A DNA stretch of 64,000 nucleotides from a virus. Taxonomy: Duplodnaviria; Caudoviricetes. The notes under the pieces are model-generated. The model worked only from the letters and a program-made list of their open reading frames with translations, was not told where the DNA came from and ran no database searches. This document shows, in pieces, positions 1 through 10,899 of this stretch; position 1 is the stretch's first letter; every line of letters starts with the position of its first letter. Position numbers and translations under genes: made by a program. The stretch lies in IMG/VR virus record IMGVR_UViG_3300045747_000276, positions 161 through 64,160 of that record; one strand, 5' to 3'.

Positions 1-810
1 AGAGACTATGTTTCTAAGCTGATCAACCCAACAAGAATTACTGTTGCAGATGTTACCGGATTCAATGTAGGGGATAAAGTTACATCATCTGCTGGTGCAA
101 TATCCTATGTGTATGACATCAACGCAACATCAAACATCATAAGTACCATAAAGAATAGAGGGATTCCATGGGCAGTAACAAACACCATAACCAATGGTAC
201 TGTCACACAGACTATCTCTGGTGTTGTTCTTGGTGAGATTGACCTTCAATACTTCACACTTGATGATAGTATTTTCAACGTCATCAACATTATCAATACC
301 AGTTCATTGATGAATAACCAATTTGGTGACTTCATGTTCAATCCTCAGTATCAATTAATGGCACCGGAAGTATTGAATATGGTTAAGGGTGGGGCCGGCA
401 TGGGTGGTATAGGATACTTCTACGGTACAATGAATTATATCTCCCAATTAGATTTTGTATTGAGAAAAGTCAAGTCATTCAGGTTCAATAGAAGAATGAA
501 TAAATGTTTTCTAGATATTGATTGGGCATCAGAAGTTCATGTTGGTGACTACATTGCTATGGAAGTGTATAGAGCACTAGACCCAGAGTCCTACAATGAA
601 GTATATGATGATATGTGGCTTAAAGCGTACACAACTTCATTGTTCAAAAGACAGTGGGGAACAAACCTCAAAAAATACAGTGGTATGCAAATGCCTGGCG
701 GTATTACATATGATGGCCAAGGTATTTTCGATGAGTCTATAAGAGAAATTAGGGAATTGGAACAAAAATTAATTGACCAGGAACCACCACTTTTGATGAT
801 GGTAGGATAA
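1..810 (+). CDS. gp13: T4-like neck protein gp13 (5'-truncated at window edge)
   Basis: C-terminal 'YDDMWLKAYTTSLFKRQWGTNLKKYSGMQMPGGITYDG' is typical of gp13; the frame is open upstream of the annotated start at 109. Confidence 0.85.
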   Translation, partial: RDYVSKLINPTRITVADVTGFNVGDKVTSSAGAISYVYDINATSNIISTIKNRGIPWAVTNTITNGTVTQTISGVVLGEIDLQYFTLDDSIFNVINIINTSSLMNNQFGDFMFNPQYQLMAPEVLNMVKGGAGMGGIGYFYGTMNYISQLDFVLRKVKSFRFNRRMNKCFLDIDWASEVHVGDYIAMEVYRALDPESYNEVYDDMWLKAYTTSLFKRQWGTNLKKYSGMQMPGGITYDGQGIFDESIREIRELEQKLIDQEPPLLMMVG

Positions 811-811
811 T

Positions 812-1210
812 ATGAACTTCATACTTATGTTTTTAAAAAATATGTCATTAACTGGCATGTTACTTAGTGGATCTATTGCGTTAAATGCAGGATCTCTCAT
901 TTATATCAAATCATTAAGATCTGACCTAGTAGAAGCTCATGACTCAGTTGTATTATATGAGTCAGCTAACAAAGATATGGCCAGCAAGATAGAACTTCAG
1001 AATGCTGCGTTAAAAGAAGGTGAAAGTAAGTACAATGCTACTCAAACTGCACTCGATAAGGTATCTGGCAAAAATGACGCACTTACATCAGAGTTTTCTA
1101 AATTTAGAAAAGAACTAGGTGGTAAACCAGTACCTACAACATGTCCAGAATCAATCAATGATCTTAAGACAGTAGTTCAGCCACTTGCCACAGATTGGAA
1201 TAAAAAATGA
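812..1210 (+). CDS. Probable i-spanin (Rz-like)
   Basis: N-terminal hydrophobic segment followed by a coiled coil; overlaps the lipoprotein gene downstream. Confidence 0.65.
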   Translation: MNFILMFLKNMSLTGMLLSGSIALNAGSLIYIKSLRSDLVEAHDSVVLYESANKDMASKIELQNAALKEGESKYNATQTALDKVSGKNDALTSEFSKFRKELGGKPVPTTCPESINDLKTVVQPLATDWNKK

Positions 1211-1479
1211 AATTGATCGCTGCTTTATGCATTCCATTTATATTGTCAGCTTGCTGCACTAATCCTCCAGCGAATCCTTGTGCTGATAGGCCCATCTACA
1301 AGCCATATAAAATAGAAATGCCCATTAGACCCAAATTGGAGTCTGCAACCATGAGCGCTTTAACTGATGGGCTAGTTGTAAGGTCAGTTGAAAATGACTT
1401 CTCTAAGTTAATAGAATATTCTCAAAAGCTAGAAAACATCTTGACAACTTTACCTTCTGATATCGCCATTAAGCAATAG
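1207..1479 (+). CDS. Probable o-spanin (Rz1-like lipoprotein)
   Basis: Lipobox LSAC-C, Pro-rich, adjacent to the i-spanin candidate. Confidence 0.65.
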   Translation: MKLIAALCIPFILSACCTNPPANPCADRPIYKPYKIEMPIRPKLESATMSALTDGLVVRSVENDFSKLIEYSQKLENILTTLPSDIAIKQ

Positions 1480-1696
1480 ATTTGATTTAACAATCACTTC
1501 GTGATTGACTTCGTGACCTTAATCTTCTTTTAATCACATCTAATACAATATAATTAATTTACATTACACAGCAGCAGAAGCAGTTATGTCAAATGTAAGA
1601 CATCAGGGAATTAATGTCAAATTTATTTTCATATTTGACACAAACTCACGTTGTCATTACAATTGACACAATCCTGAAATATTATGAGTTTAAATT

Positions 1697-2746
1697 ATGC
1701 CTTTGTGGTTAGATGCGCAGTATGCAAAATTAATGGGGCACCGGTTAGAGGGTTGGCAGGTCAAGTTAGATAGTGGCGGCAAGTTCGCTGCAAACTTCAG
1801 GTGCCCCTTATGTGGTGACTCACAAAAAAACAAGTCAAAGAAACGTGGTAACTTCTTCACGCAAGAGAATGACGTTTATTTTAAGTGTTTCAATTGTATG
1901 CCTGACCAGGCATTGCACTTTGGTACATTCTTAAAAGACCAAGACCATTACTTATATCAGCAGTATGCTGTGGAACGGTATAAGCAGAACACAGATGGTC
2001 ATACACACACCAAAAAAGATATAGATTGGTCTGTTAAAATACTTAAGGTCGAACCTACCCTTAAATCCCAGGATATCCTTAAAGGAACAACTTGTGTTGA
2101 GGATCTGCCTAAAGGTCACCCAGCATTGGATTATGTAATCAATAGACAGATTCCAGAGCAGTATTGGGCAGAGATATTTTACGCACCTAAATTCATGGCA
2201 TGGGCATCAACAAACTCTGATAGGTTCAATCTCAAAGAAGGTGCCAAAGATCATCCTAGGCTTATAATCCCATGGTTTGACACAGATTTCAAAATATTCA
2301 CATATCAAGCAAGGGCCTTTGGAAAAGAAACTCCAAAATACTACACTATAAATGTTGAGACTAAAACTAACAAGTATTTTGGAGAAAATAGGTTAAACCC
2401 CAATCGCAGGGTTTATGTGGTTGAAGGTCCAATAGACTCGTTCTTTTTACCAAATTCTGTGGCGGTGGGATCATCAGCGCTAACATTATTTGATGAAAAA
2501 GGCATGGATGTGATATATTGTTATGACAATGAGGCCCGAAATAAGGAAATAGTCCATATCATTGAAAAATGTATCCTAGAAGGCAAAAAAACAGTTCTTT
2601 ACCCAGATAATTACATATACAAGGATATAAATGATGCAGTTGTTAAAGGTGGTATGTCTCCTAAGGACATCGTTAAGATGTTAGATGAAAATACATACAG
2701 TGGTTTGAGAGCGAGAATGAAATTTAATGATTGGAGAAAAGTATGA
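1697..2746 (+). CDS. gp61: DNA primase (T4 gp61-like)
   Basis: Zn finger 'NFRCPLCGDSQKNKSKKRG...YFKCFNC'; TOPRIM motifs 'VVEGPIDS', 'YDNE', 'KDIND'. Confidence 0.95.
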   Translation: MPLWLDAQYAKLMGHRLEGWQVKLDSGGKFAANFRCPLCGDSQKNKSKKRGNFFTQENDVYFKCFNCMPDQALHFGTFLKDQDHYLYQQYAVERYKQNTDGHTHTKKDIDWSVKILKVEPTLKSQDILKGTTCVEDLPKGHPALDYVINRQIPEQYWAEIFYAPKFMAWASTNSDRFNLKEGAKDHPRLIIPWFDTDFKIFTYQARAFGKETPKYYTINVETKTNKYFGENRLNPNRRVYVVEGPIDSFFLPNSVAVGSSALTLFDEKGMDVIYCYDNEARNKEIVHIIEKCILEGKKTVLYPDNYIYKDINDAVVKGGMSPKDIVKMLDENTYSGLRARMKFNDWRKV

Positions 2747-2955
2747 AAACGTATAAGTTTGAAAGTTATGATGAAGATTCAAATGTCAAAACAGTCGTAG
2801 AGTTCGATACAGAATCAGATATGTGGTCTGGGTACGAGGGTCCAATGTATAACTTCTTCAATTTCCTTAAGGGAAGTGGGTTTGTGTTTGATCTGGAAGA
2901 TAGTATTGGGATTATGCAGGGCAACGGCGATTTCAAAGCTGCTGCTGAGGGTTAA
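2743..2955 (+). CDS. Hypothetical protein
   Basis: Short ORF packed between primase and thyX. Confidence 0.6.
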   Translation: MKTYKFESYDEDSNVKTVVEFDTESDMWSGYEGPMYNFFNFLKGSGFVFDLEDSIGIMQGNGDFKAAAEG

Positions 2956-2956
2956 T

Positions 2957-3817
2957 ATGAGTGAAGTTAAATTGGTGTCGGTTTCCCACTCAAGAAACAT
3001 TGAGGGTGTCAAAACTGCAGAGGAATTCATTGCTTATACTGCAAGGGTGTCGAACCCAACGAATCAGATTAACAATGAAACTGCGCCTAAGCTATTGGCG
3101 TATTTAGTCAAACACTCCCATTGGAGTCCGTTTGAGATGGTTAATGTGTGTATTGAAATTAAGACTACTAGAGATATAGGTCGTCAAATTTTGAGGCACA
3201 GGTCATTTTCATTCCAAGAATTCAGTCAGAGATATGCTGAAGTGAATGATAACTTCGAGTTTCGTGAAGCGCGAATTCAGGATTTAAAGAATAGGCAGAA
3301 CAGTTTGCCTATTGATAATGATTCTACATTGAGTGGTGTATGGGAAGAAATACAGCGAAAGGTTGCTATTCAAGCTAGGGATTCCTACAATAAGGCAATT
3401 GAATTGGGTATTGCCAAGGAACAAGCTAGGGCGGTCCTTCCCGAAGGTATGACAAAGAGCACAATGTATATGTCTGGTACATTGCGGTCATGGATTCACT
3501 ATTGTCAACTTAGAATGGCGAATGGTACACAATTGGAACATCAATTAGTTGCAATTGCGTGTTGGAAAATCATCACAGAGGAATTTCCGTCCCTTAATAC
3601 TCTCATTGAACACGATACTGAAAAATCTGCAGAACCCGTAAAAACAGGAGTGCCAGAGCAGATCAACAAATCTGCATTTTTCTCTATGATGGACGAGTGG
3701 GCCCAAGCTAACCTACCACCTATTCCTAAAAATTGGAGAGATGCAAAGTTACCTGATGAAAAACCACCAGCTAAATGGGATCAGATGGGTGGAGTTCCTG
3801 TGAGTAGTGTTCAATGA
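2957..3817 (+). CDS. thyX: Flavin-dependent thymidylate synthase with C-terminal extension
   Basis: 'HWSPFE' and 'RQILRHRSFSFQEFSQRY' ThyX motifs; likely start MSEVKLV at 2957. Confidence 0.95.
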   Translation: MSEVKLVSVSHSRNIEGVKTAEEFIAYTARVSNPTNQINNETAPKLLAYLVKHSHWSPFEMVNVCIEIKTTRDIGRQILRHRSFSFQEFSQRYAEVNDNFEFREARIQDLKNRQNSLPIDNDSTLSGVWEEIQRKVAIQARDSYNKAIELGIAKEQARAVLPEGMTKSTMYMSGTLRSWIHYCQLRMANGTQLEHQLVAIACWKIITEEFPSLNTLIEHDTEKSAEPVKTGVPEQINKSAFFSMMDEWAQANLPPIPKNWRDAKLPDEKPPAKWDQMGGVPVSSVQ

Positions 3818-4464
3818 AGATAGAAACCGTTAGTGGGGTAAAGTTCAATACATTTACACCTGACCCAAATGATGTCAGGTTAGATGATATTGCGTGGGCA
3901 ACTAGTAGAATGCCCAGATTCGCTGGCCACACTATTCCTATGCTACCATATTCTGTTGCACAGCATGCTGTCGCTGTGTCTAACGAACTTCTTCGGATGT
4001 TTGATAGTGGTGCATATGATCAATATGGTGAGGAAATGTCATCTTTGATTTATGATTACCTTGATATGTATAATTTCGATGCAAAATTGAAATTCAAAAT
4101 GGCTATGCACGGATTAATGCACGACGCTGCAGAGGCATATATTGGAGACATCCCATCACCGGTGAAACATCTTCCTGGGTTATGTGATGCGATCAAATCC
4201 ATTGAAGACGGTATTCTTAAAGCTATATATACATCATTCAAAATAGAATATCCTACAGAAGAAGAGTGGGTGTTCATACATCATGCAGACATGGTCCAGC
4301 GCACCATCGAAGCATATAATTTCATGCATAGCAGAGGAAAAGATTGGGGTGATCTACCTGACGTATCTTTACGGCGACTTCAGGCATTCAACCCACCTAT
4401 GCCGTCGATCCAGGCATATGATGAGTTTTTAGAAAAGTTTAGATATTTGAGAGGAAAAATATGA
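3814..4464 (+). CDS. HD-domain 5'-deoxynucleotidase (YfbR-like)
   Basis: 'RFAGH...YSVAQH...LMHDAAEAYIGDIPSPVK'. Confidence 0.85.
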   Translation: MKIETVSGVKFNTFTPDPNDVRLDDIAWATSRMPRFAGHTIPMLPYSVAQHAVAVSNELLRMFDSGAYDQYGEEMSSLIYDYLDMYNFDAKLKFKMAMHGLMHDAAEAYIGDIPSPVKHLPGLCDAIKSIEDGILKAIYTSFKIEYPTEEEWVFIHHADMVQRTIEAYNFMHSRGKDWGDLPDVSLRRLQAFNPPMPSIQAYDEFLEKFRYLRGKI

Positions 4465-5012
4465 GTTTAGATGTGAGACAACCAACGACATTTAGGAATG
4501 TGCCTATGCAAACAGCGGCGGCACAACAAGAGAACAAGATGCCTTCTCCAGAGGAAATGCGAAGCATGATTCCAAAGGCACCAGTCCGTGTCATTAACAA
4601 ATCCAAACACCCTTTACCACAATATGAAACCAGTGGTGCATCTGGTATGGATGTAAAAGCAAATCTGGAAACAGACAAGATGATGATTTCATCAGGTGAA
4701 ACTGCTTTGGTTCCCACAGGTCTGTTTGTTGAAATTCCACCAGGTCTTGAAATTCAAGTTAGACCAAGAAGTGGTATGTCATTGAAGACAAAGATGCGAG
4801 TATGCAATAGCCCAGGAACAATCGACTCTTGCTATCGTGGCGAGGTTAAAGTCATTATGGAGAACACTGGGGTGGAACCGTTTGCAATTAACGACGGTGA
4901 CCGAATCGCACAATTAGTATTGTGCCCTGTCATTCAAGTTCAATGGCAAGAGACCGAAACATTGTCTGAAACAGACCGTGGTGTAGGTGGTTTCGGTAGT
5001 ACTGGCAAATAA
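4461..5012 (+). CDS. dut: Trimeric dUTPase
   Basis: 'SGMD', 'RPRSG', 'PGTIDSCYRGE', 'RIAQLV', 'RGVGGFGSTG'. Confidence 0.95.
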   Translation: MSLDVRQPTTFRNVPMQTAAAQQENKMPSPEEMRSMIPKAPVRVINKSKHPLPQYETSGASGMDVKANLETDKMMISSGETALVPTGLFVEIPPGLEIQVRPRSGMSLKTKMRVCNSPGTIDSCYRGEVKVIMENTGVEPFAINDGDRIAQLVLCPVIQVQWQETETLSETDRGVGGFGSTGK

Positions 5013-5032
5013 TTAAAATAATAAGGAAGAGC

Positions 5033-7576
5033 ATGACACGTTTTATTGAACCCTTCGCAGAAGAAATCTGGAATCAAACATACAAAGATCATAATGACAA
5101 AGACATTAATGACAATCTACGAAGAGTTGCTAAAGCAGTAGCTTCGGTAGAGACAACTGAGATTGATAAAATCAAATGGGGGCAATTGTTTTATGATTTA
5201 TTGACGGATTTTAAGGGTACTTGTGGTGGAAGAACATATTCAAACGCTGGTACAGAATGGAAGGGAACAACGCTATTAAACTGTTTTGTTTCACCTAGAT
5301 CGACCTCAGACATTGATTCATTAGACGTTATCATTGACGATCTGAAAAATCAGGCATTCACTCTAAAATCAGAGGGTGGTTGGGGTCAGAATTTCAGCTG
5401 GATCCGTCCTAGAGGTTCATTTATTGCTGGTGTTGGTGTTGAGACACCAGGTGCAGTAAAGTACATGGAGCTTTACGACAAAGCATCAGAAATCATTACT
5501 GCTGGATCAGGTAAAAAGAGCACAAATAAGAAGTCCAAAGGTAAGATCCGCAAGGGTGCTATGATGGGTGTTCTAGACGTGTGGCATCCAGATATTGTTG
5601 AATTTGTTACTGCCAAACAGAGTTCTGGTAGACTGACAAAGTTTAACATATCAGTTAATTTCACAAATGAATTTATGCAACGGTTGGATAAAATCAATGA
5701 GTTGAATCCTATTGATGACGCAGTTGAGATTGCAAAATTAGATGAATGGGAATTGAAATTTCCTGACACTTCATTTGAAAAGTACAAGAATGAATGGGAC
5801 GGCAATATAAAGACTTGGGAATCTAATGGGTACCCAATTGAAAAATATCAAACTATCTCTGTTAAGTGGTTGTGGAATTTGGTTATGGAATCCACATATA
5901 ACAGAGCAGAACCTGGTGTTCTATTCTTAGATAGAGCCAACGAGTTCAATCCATTGTATTATGGTGAAACGATCATAGCAACAAATCCTTGTGGTGAACA
6001 AACTCTGGCTCCAGGTGGTGTTTGCTGCCTGGGGTCATTGAACCTGACACAGTTTATTTCAGCAGATAATGAATTTGATCTTGTTAAGTTGACAAAATAC
6101 ACCAAGATTATGGTTCGGTTCTTAGATAATGTAAATGAATATTCAAATGCACCTCTACCAGAATACATTGATTCTATGCGTAACAAACGTCGTATTGGTA
6201 TTGGTGTTCTAGGTTGGGGATCTGCATTGTTCATGCTTAAAACTAGATTCGCATCCCCTGCTGCTGCGGTTTTGCGTGATCAGGTCATGAGCACTATTGC
6301 CAAGGCATCATATGAAGCATCTATTGATTTGGCAATAGAAAAAGGCATGTTTAAATACTGTGACCCATCAAAACATGCAGCAGGCAAATTTGTAAGTTCA
6401 ATTGGTCTATCTGCAGGTTATATGAAGAAGTTGACGACAACAGGAATTCGCAATAGTTCTCTGCTGTCTATCCAACCAACAGGGAACACAGGTATTTTAG
6501 CCAATATGGTATCCGGCGGATTAGAACCAATCTTTATGCCTGAATATGTTAGAACAGTAACAGTGGGCAAAGTGCCAGATGATATGCTATCATTTACACC
6601 AAAGTGGTATGAAGGTGCATGGCAAGAAACAGACGTATTTAAATTCACTAAGGAAGGTGATGAAGAAATTTTGAAAGCTGTTGTAGATGGTACAACATAC
6701 AAAATTGATAAAAATCGTGGATTGACAAAAGAAGTTGCTTGTATTGATTATGGTGTTCGTTGGTTAAAAGACAACAATCTATGGGAAGAAAACGCAGCTT
6801 GGGCAGCAACAGCCCTTAATGGTCTCACCGCAGAAGATCATCTGAATGATTTGATTGGGTTCGCTCGCTGGGTGGATTCGGCAATGTCAAAAACAATCAA
6901 TGTACCTAATGATTATTCGTTTGAAGATTTTAAAAACATCTATATGACTGCTTATCATTCAGGTGTGGTAAAAGGTGTTACAACATATAGGTCAGGTACT
7001 ATGACAGCTGTTTTGTCATCAAAAGAGAGCACCACTAATGGATATGATGAAGAAGTCATTTTAGACACAGTCAAAATGTCAGACTCAGCAGATGCATCAA
7101 TGAAGGTTCTTAGGGCAGAAGGTAGGAAATGGTACTTGACAGTGGTCTGGAATGAAACTAAGAGCAGGCCACAAGCATTGTTCGTTCATACCAATCATCA
7201 CGAGAAGACTGTACCAACGCACGATGCCTCTGACAAGATGATTCAACTTGCTAGGGACAAAGGAATTCCACAAAAGTTCATTGATGATGTAGAATCCAAA
7301 GTGTCGTCTGATACAAATACTACAAAGTTGACACGAATTATTTCATTGCTGTTACGGCATGGTGTGTTGATCAAGAATATTGTGGCAGTGCTCGACAGAG
7401 TAGATGGTGTATTTGTTGGAACCTTCTTGTTTCAGATCAAGAAATTCCTAAGCTCTTTTATCAAAGACGGCGAGAAGGTTGAAGGTGAGCTTTGTCGAGA
7501 ATGTGGATCAGATAAAGTTGTTTTCCGTGAGGGTTGCAAAATCTGTGTTTCTTGTGGCTCGAGTAGGTGCGGGTGA
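5033..7576 (+). CDS. nrdJ: Adenosylcobalamin-dependent (class II) ribonucleotide reductase
   Basis: 'TNPCGEQ', 'SIQPTG', 'KGVTTYR', C-terminal Cys-rich tail; no nrdB nearby. Confidence 0.85.
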   Translation: MTRFIEPFAEEIWNQTYKDHNDKDINDNLRRVAKAVASVETTEIDKIKWGQLFYDLLTDFKGTCGGRTYSNAGTEWKGTTLLNCFVSPRSTSDIDSLDVIIDDLKNQAFTLKSEGGWGQNFSWIRPRGSFIAGVGVETPGAVKYMELYDKASEIITAGSGKKSTNKKSKGKIRKGAMMGVLDVWHPDIVEFVTAKQSSGRLTKFNISVNFTNEFMQRLDKINELNPIDDAVEIAKLDEWELKFPDTSFEKYKNEWDGNIKTWESNGYPIEKYQTISVKWLWNLVMESTYNRAEPGVLFLDRANEFNPLYYGETIIATNPCGEQTLAPGGVCCLGSLNLTQFISADNEFDLVKLTKYTKIMVRFLDNVNEYSNAPLPEYIDSMRNKRRIGIGVLGWGSALFMLKTRFASPAAAVLRDQVMSTIAKASYEASIDLAIEKGMFKYCDPSKHAAGKFVSSIGLSAGYMKKLTTTGIRNSSLLSIQPTGNTGILANMVSGGLEPIFMPEYVRTVTVGKVPDDMLSFTPKWYEGAWQETDVFKFTKEGDEEILKAVVDGTTYKIDKNRGLTKEVACIDYGVRWLKDNNLWEENAAWAATALNGLTAEDHLNDLIGFARWVDSAMSKTINVPNDYSFEDFKNIYMTAYHSGVVKGVTTYRSGTMTAVLSSKESTTNGYDEEVILDTVKMSDSADASMKVLRAEGRKWYLTVVWNETKSRPQALFVHTNHHEKTVPTHDASDKMIQLARDKGIPQKFIDDVESKVSSDTNTTKLTRIISLLLRHGVLIKNIVAVLDRVDGVFVGTFLFQIKKFLSSFIKDGEKVEGELCRECGSDKVVFREGCKICVSCGSSRCG

Positions 7577-7830
7577 TGAGGGATTTAACAATAATCTCTA
7601 GCATTCTTGATGAAATAGCATTAGAAAAACCATTGGATTGGGAATCATACAACTATGAAGGTATGCGCGATGTGGCAATTCAAAGCACATTAGAACAGTA
7701 TTTTTCATTGATACATAATGTTAAGATGAACGGTGAATTGCAGGAGATAGCTCTGCTCTCCGTGATGTCTTATTTGGTGTTGGAGAACACCCAATTATGG
7801 CTAGAAATAACAAAAATGAAAAAGGGATAG
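7576..7830 (+). CDS. Hypothetical protein
   Basis: ORF in operon order. Confidence 0.55.
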   Translation: MRDLTIISSILDEIALEKPLDWESYNYEGMRDVAIQSTLEQYFSLIHNVKMNGELQEIALLSVMSYLVLENTQLWLEITKMKKG

Positions 7831-7832
7831 CA

Positions 7833-7985
7833 ATGGCAAAAAAAGAAAAATTCTGTTATGAATGTGACGTACCATTCACAGTGAAAGGCCCTTTGGGGTT
7901 TGAAGTCAATTATTGCCCAGCTTGTGGAGAAGAATTGGGTTCAGGTGAGGACAATGAATTTGAGGATGAAGAGTTAGACGAGTAA
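7833..7985 (+). CDS. Small Zn-ribbon protein with acidic tail
   Basis: CYEC...CPACG motifs. Confidence 0.6.
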   Translation: MAKKEKFCYECDVPFTVKGPLGFEVNYCPACGEELGSGEDNEFEDEELDE

Positions 7986-8423
7986 TATTGCCTTACGCAA
8001 GTTGTCAATATCGTCTTTTTTAACCCATGTTCTATAGACTTTAGCTCTTATATTTTCATTGAGCCAGTCGTGAGACTCTAGGGCGCCTACAGTGTAGAGC
8101 GCCCATTCTTCGCAGTAGGCAAGCGAACCTTTGCTTGTGCAAAATGTCAAAACTTCTCTGGTGAAGTCCGTTGTCCCGTGGTCCTTAATATATGCTTTGA
8201 GGAATGGCGATGATGACCAGTACGTTTTCCAATCCGACTCTTTCCGTATTTTCTTTTTCTTGCCTGCAACCATCTTGGTTGATGCTGAGGTTAGCAACTT
8301 CCTGCCTATGTACTTTTTTCCTGTGGAAACTTGACGTATGATGTATATGAACCCTAGTGCGTTCGCTGGGATGTCAGTTGGCAACAGCGGTTTGCCCAAA
8401 AATTTCCATTCATTATCAACCAT
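7974..8423 (-). CDS. GIY-YIG endonuclease (DenA/EndoII-like)
   Basis: 'GFIYII...KKYIGRK...ESDWKTYWSSS'. Confidence 0.8.
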   Translation of the reverse strand: MVDNEWKFLGKPLLPTDIPANALGFIYIIRQVSTGKKYIGRKLLTSASTKMVAGKKKKIRKESDWKTYWSSSPFLKAYIKDHGTTDFTREVLTFCTSKGSLAYCEEWALYTVGALESHDWLNENIRAKVYRTWVKKDDIDNLRKAILLV

Positions 8424-8686
8424 TTAGGTCATCCCTTTACATTTAAGTTGCAATGTGCAACAATATATGTATGTGTTTGAAATTTGAGGTGTTGTATGGT
8501 TGCTTGGGATGTGTTTATTGATGGCAAGTTGACAGATACTGTGTTCTTCTCTTTCGCTTGTGATAAGGAATACTTAATTCGATCTCTGATCATGTTTGAC
8601 GGACTTCCGGATAATATTGAGGTCAAGATAAAGTATTGACATAAAAGTAAATATGTGTCACAATCATTAACAATTCAAGGAAATTT

Positions 8687-9442
8687 ATGGAAATTCAGGT
8701 ATTTAGTGACGTGCATGGCGAGTGTTATCATTCACCCCACGTGGTTATGGGTTTATTTAAACCATCTGCTCCTGTTGCGGTAGTTGCTGGTGATATTCAC
8801 TCTCGTAAGTTTGAAGAACAACTGTCGTTAATAGCGTCAAAATTCGACAAAGTTATTGCTGTAATGGGTAATCACGAGTGGTATGCAGGGAAATCTGTTG
8901 AGTGGCGCCCCAAATTAGAATTACTTCCAGATAATGTTAGTGTTTTATCCCGTGGTGTATGTGAGTATAAAGACACTGTGTTCATTGGTGCCACATTGTG
9001 GACAGATTTCAAATCGAATGACTTCTTTGTTATGAACACGGCAAAGTCATTTATTAATGATTTTAGACTCATCCGTGCCCATGGTGGGGAAGATCCATTT
9101 ACACCAAAAATGGCATCTGAGCTGTATATGAAAGACAAGGCATATATTAAGCTAATGGTTGAGGAATACCGAGGTAAAGGTAAGAAGGTTGTCATTGTAA
9201 CTCATTTTATGCCATCTTATGAACTAGTTAATCCAAAGTGGAAAACAACCTCTACGAATGACCTAAATTATTACTTTTCGGCATCGTGCGACGAGTTGAT
9301 TGAATTTAGTGAAGCAGATGCATGGGTTTGTGGTCATACTCACGACTCATTTGATGTTATGTTGCATGGTGTCCGTTGTGTATGTAACCCAATGGGATAC
9401 CCAGGAGAAAACAATTACACCGATAAGGTTATCAAGATATGA
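8687..9442 (+). CDS. Calcineurin-like metallophosphoesterase
   Basis: 'SDVH', 'AGD', 'GNHE', 'GHTH', 'NPMGY'. Confidence 0.9.
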   Translation: MEIQVFSDVHGECYHSPHVVMGLFKPSAPVAVVAGDIHSRKFEEQLSLIASKFDKVIAVMGNHEWYAGKSVEWRPKLELLPDNVSVLSRGVCEYKDTVFIGATLWTDFKSNDFFVMNTAKSFINDFRLIRAHGGEDPFTPKMASELYMKDKAYIKLMVEEYRGKGKKVVIVTHFMPSYELVNPKWKTTSTNDLNYYFSASCDELIEFSEADAWVCGHTHDSFDVMLHGVRCVCNPMGYPGENNYTDKVIKI

Positions 9443-9499
9443 AAAGAGAGAATGCAGGCAGACAAATTCGGTTTTATATTGTATGAGGGTTATTGGAAA

Positions 9500-10063
9500 A
9501 TGAAAGTATTGTTTTTAGATTTTGACGGTCCTTTATTCAGTGATCGTGTAATTAAATTCGACCCAGACAACATTAAACCATATCCTGGTAATGTTGAAAT
9601 GTCTGAATGGGTCGGATACTGGAAGATGGATCCGTTGTCAGTGCATGTTTTAAATAAGATGAGAGACGTTCACCCATTCAAAACGGTGGTGTCGAGTTCT
9701 TGGAAACGGTTTGTAAATAAAGAACAGATCGTAGATCTATTCAGAGTTAATAACTTAATATTAGACCTGCATGATGATTACAGCACCCCAGATTTATCAA
9801 ATAGATACGGCCCATATTCCTCGGGATATTCTGGTGACACCAGATCAAGGGAAATTGAGGCATGGCTCAGGGATTGTGGTCGTGATGTTGATGACTACTT
9901 AATCATTGATGATCCAATGTCTGGGGCATCACTAGACGTCAATAATCATTCCCTCAATAAGGATAATATCATCATGGTTGATGGTGATGTGGGCCCAAAT
10001 ACAACTGACATCACCAGAATGCGGAGTATCGTATATACATGGGCAGGTTTTCAAGGAAAATAA
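9500..10063 (+). CDS. HAD phosphatase (Swiss-Army-knife RNA-repair-like HAD)
   Basis: 'VLFLDFDG', 'VVSSSWK', 'RSREIEAWL', 'YLIIDD'. Confidence 0.75.
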   Translation: MKVLFLDFDGPLFSDRVIKFDPDNIKPYPGNVEMSEWVGYWKMDPLSVHVLNKMRDVHPFKTVVSSSWKRFVNKEQIVDLFRVNNLILDLHDDYSTPDLSNRYGPYSSGYSGDTRSREIEAWLRDCGRDVDDYLIIDDPMSGASLDVNNHSLNKDNIIMVDGDVGPNTTDITRMRSIVYTWAGFQGK

Positions 10064-10678
10064 ATGGCAAGATTTAACTATAGTTTCAACATCCCAGACA
10101 GTATCTGGAGATTTAGATGGGAAAATATTAAAAATTATTCTATGTGGATATTCAATCCACATAGATGTTATGTCTGTAATAAAAGACTGCAGATTTCATC
10201 AACAGAAGTCGAGTACAACTTCAAAACCAAAAATGGTGACAAATCTTACAATGATAGGGTGATGGCACAATGGAGTGTGGAACGCGATTGGAAGTCTATT
10301 GATTACCATATTCCACCCGAACATATTTGTGTGGAATGTTTGGCAGAATGTGTTAAGGATGAAAACGCTGTTCCAAAAAGAGGAATCAGTAAATTCGGAG
10401 AGGATGACCTAAAAAACAAGTGTGACTGCTGCGGTAGTAAGAAGAAATCATACAAGTGGACATCTTTTAAAATTCCAAGTGGCAAAACCGCAGCATTCAT
10501 CTTAGGGAACTATTGCTCATGGAATAGTGCTCATTACTGTGCAGAGTGCATTCGGCACGCTATAGTTTTTGGTGACAAGAAGTCTAGTATCTTCACCTAT
10601 TGGTATGGTAAGAGAGCACACATTCAACAAAATGGTCTTCCGGTCGTCGACAATAAAGTTAGGTTTCCAGAAAGGTAA
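10064..10678 (+). CDS. Cys-rich hypothetical protein
   Basis: Four CxxC pairs. Confidence 0.6.
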   Translation: MARFNYSFNIPDSIWRFRWENIKNYSMWIFNPHRCYVCNKRLQISSTEVEYNFKTKNGDKSYNDRVMAQWSVERDWKSIDYHIPPEHICVECLAECVKDENAVPKRGISKFGEDDLKNKCDCCGSKKKSYKWTSFKIPSGKTAAFILGNYCSWNSAHYCAECIRHAIVFGDKKSSIFTYWYGKRAHIQQNGLPVVDNKVRFPER

Positions 10679-10899
10679 TATGAATTATAATCAACTACAA
10701 GAGTTCCTAAATAACTCTAATAAAGCATCCGTTGTTCTGGGGTTAGACATAGCCAAAACAATCTGCCAGAAGTATTTTTTAACAGCGTTTGATGTAGGAC
10801 CTGACGCCACAAACACAGTAGCAGCAATCACAAAAGATATTGCGGATACTATGCAGAAGATTGCTAATGATGATTACGATATTTACGAAAAGGTTAAAA

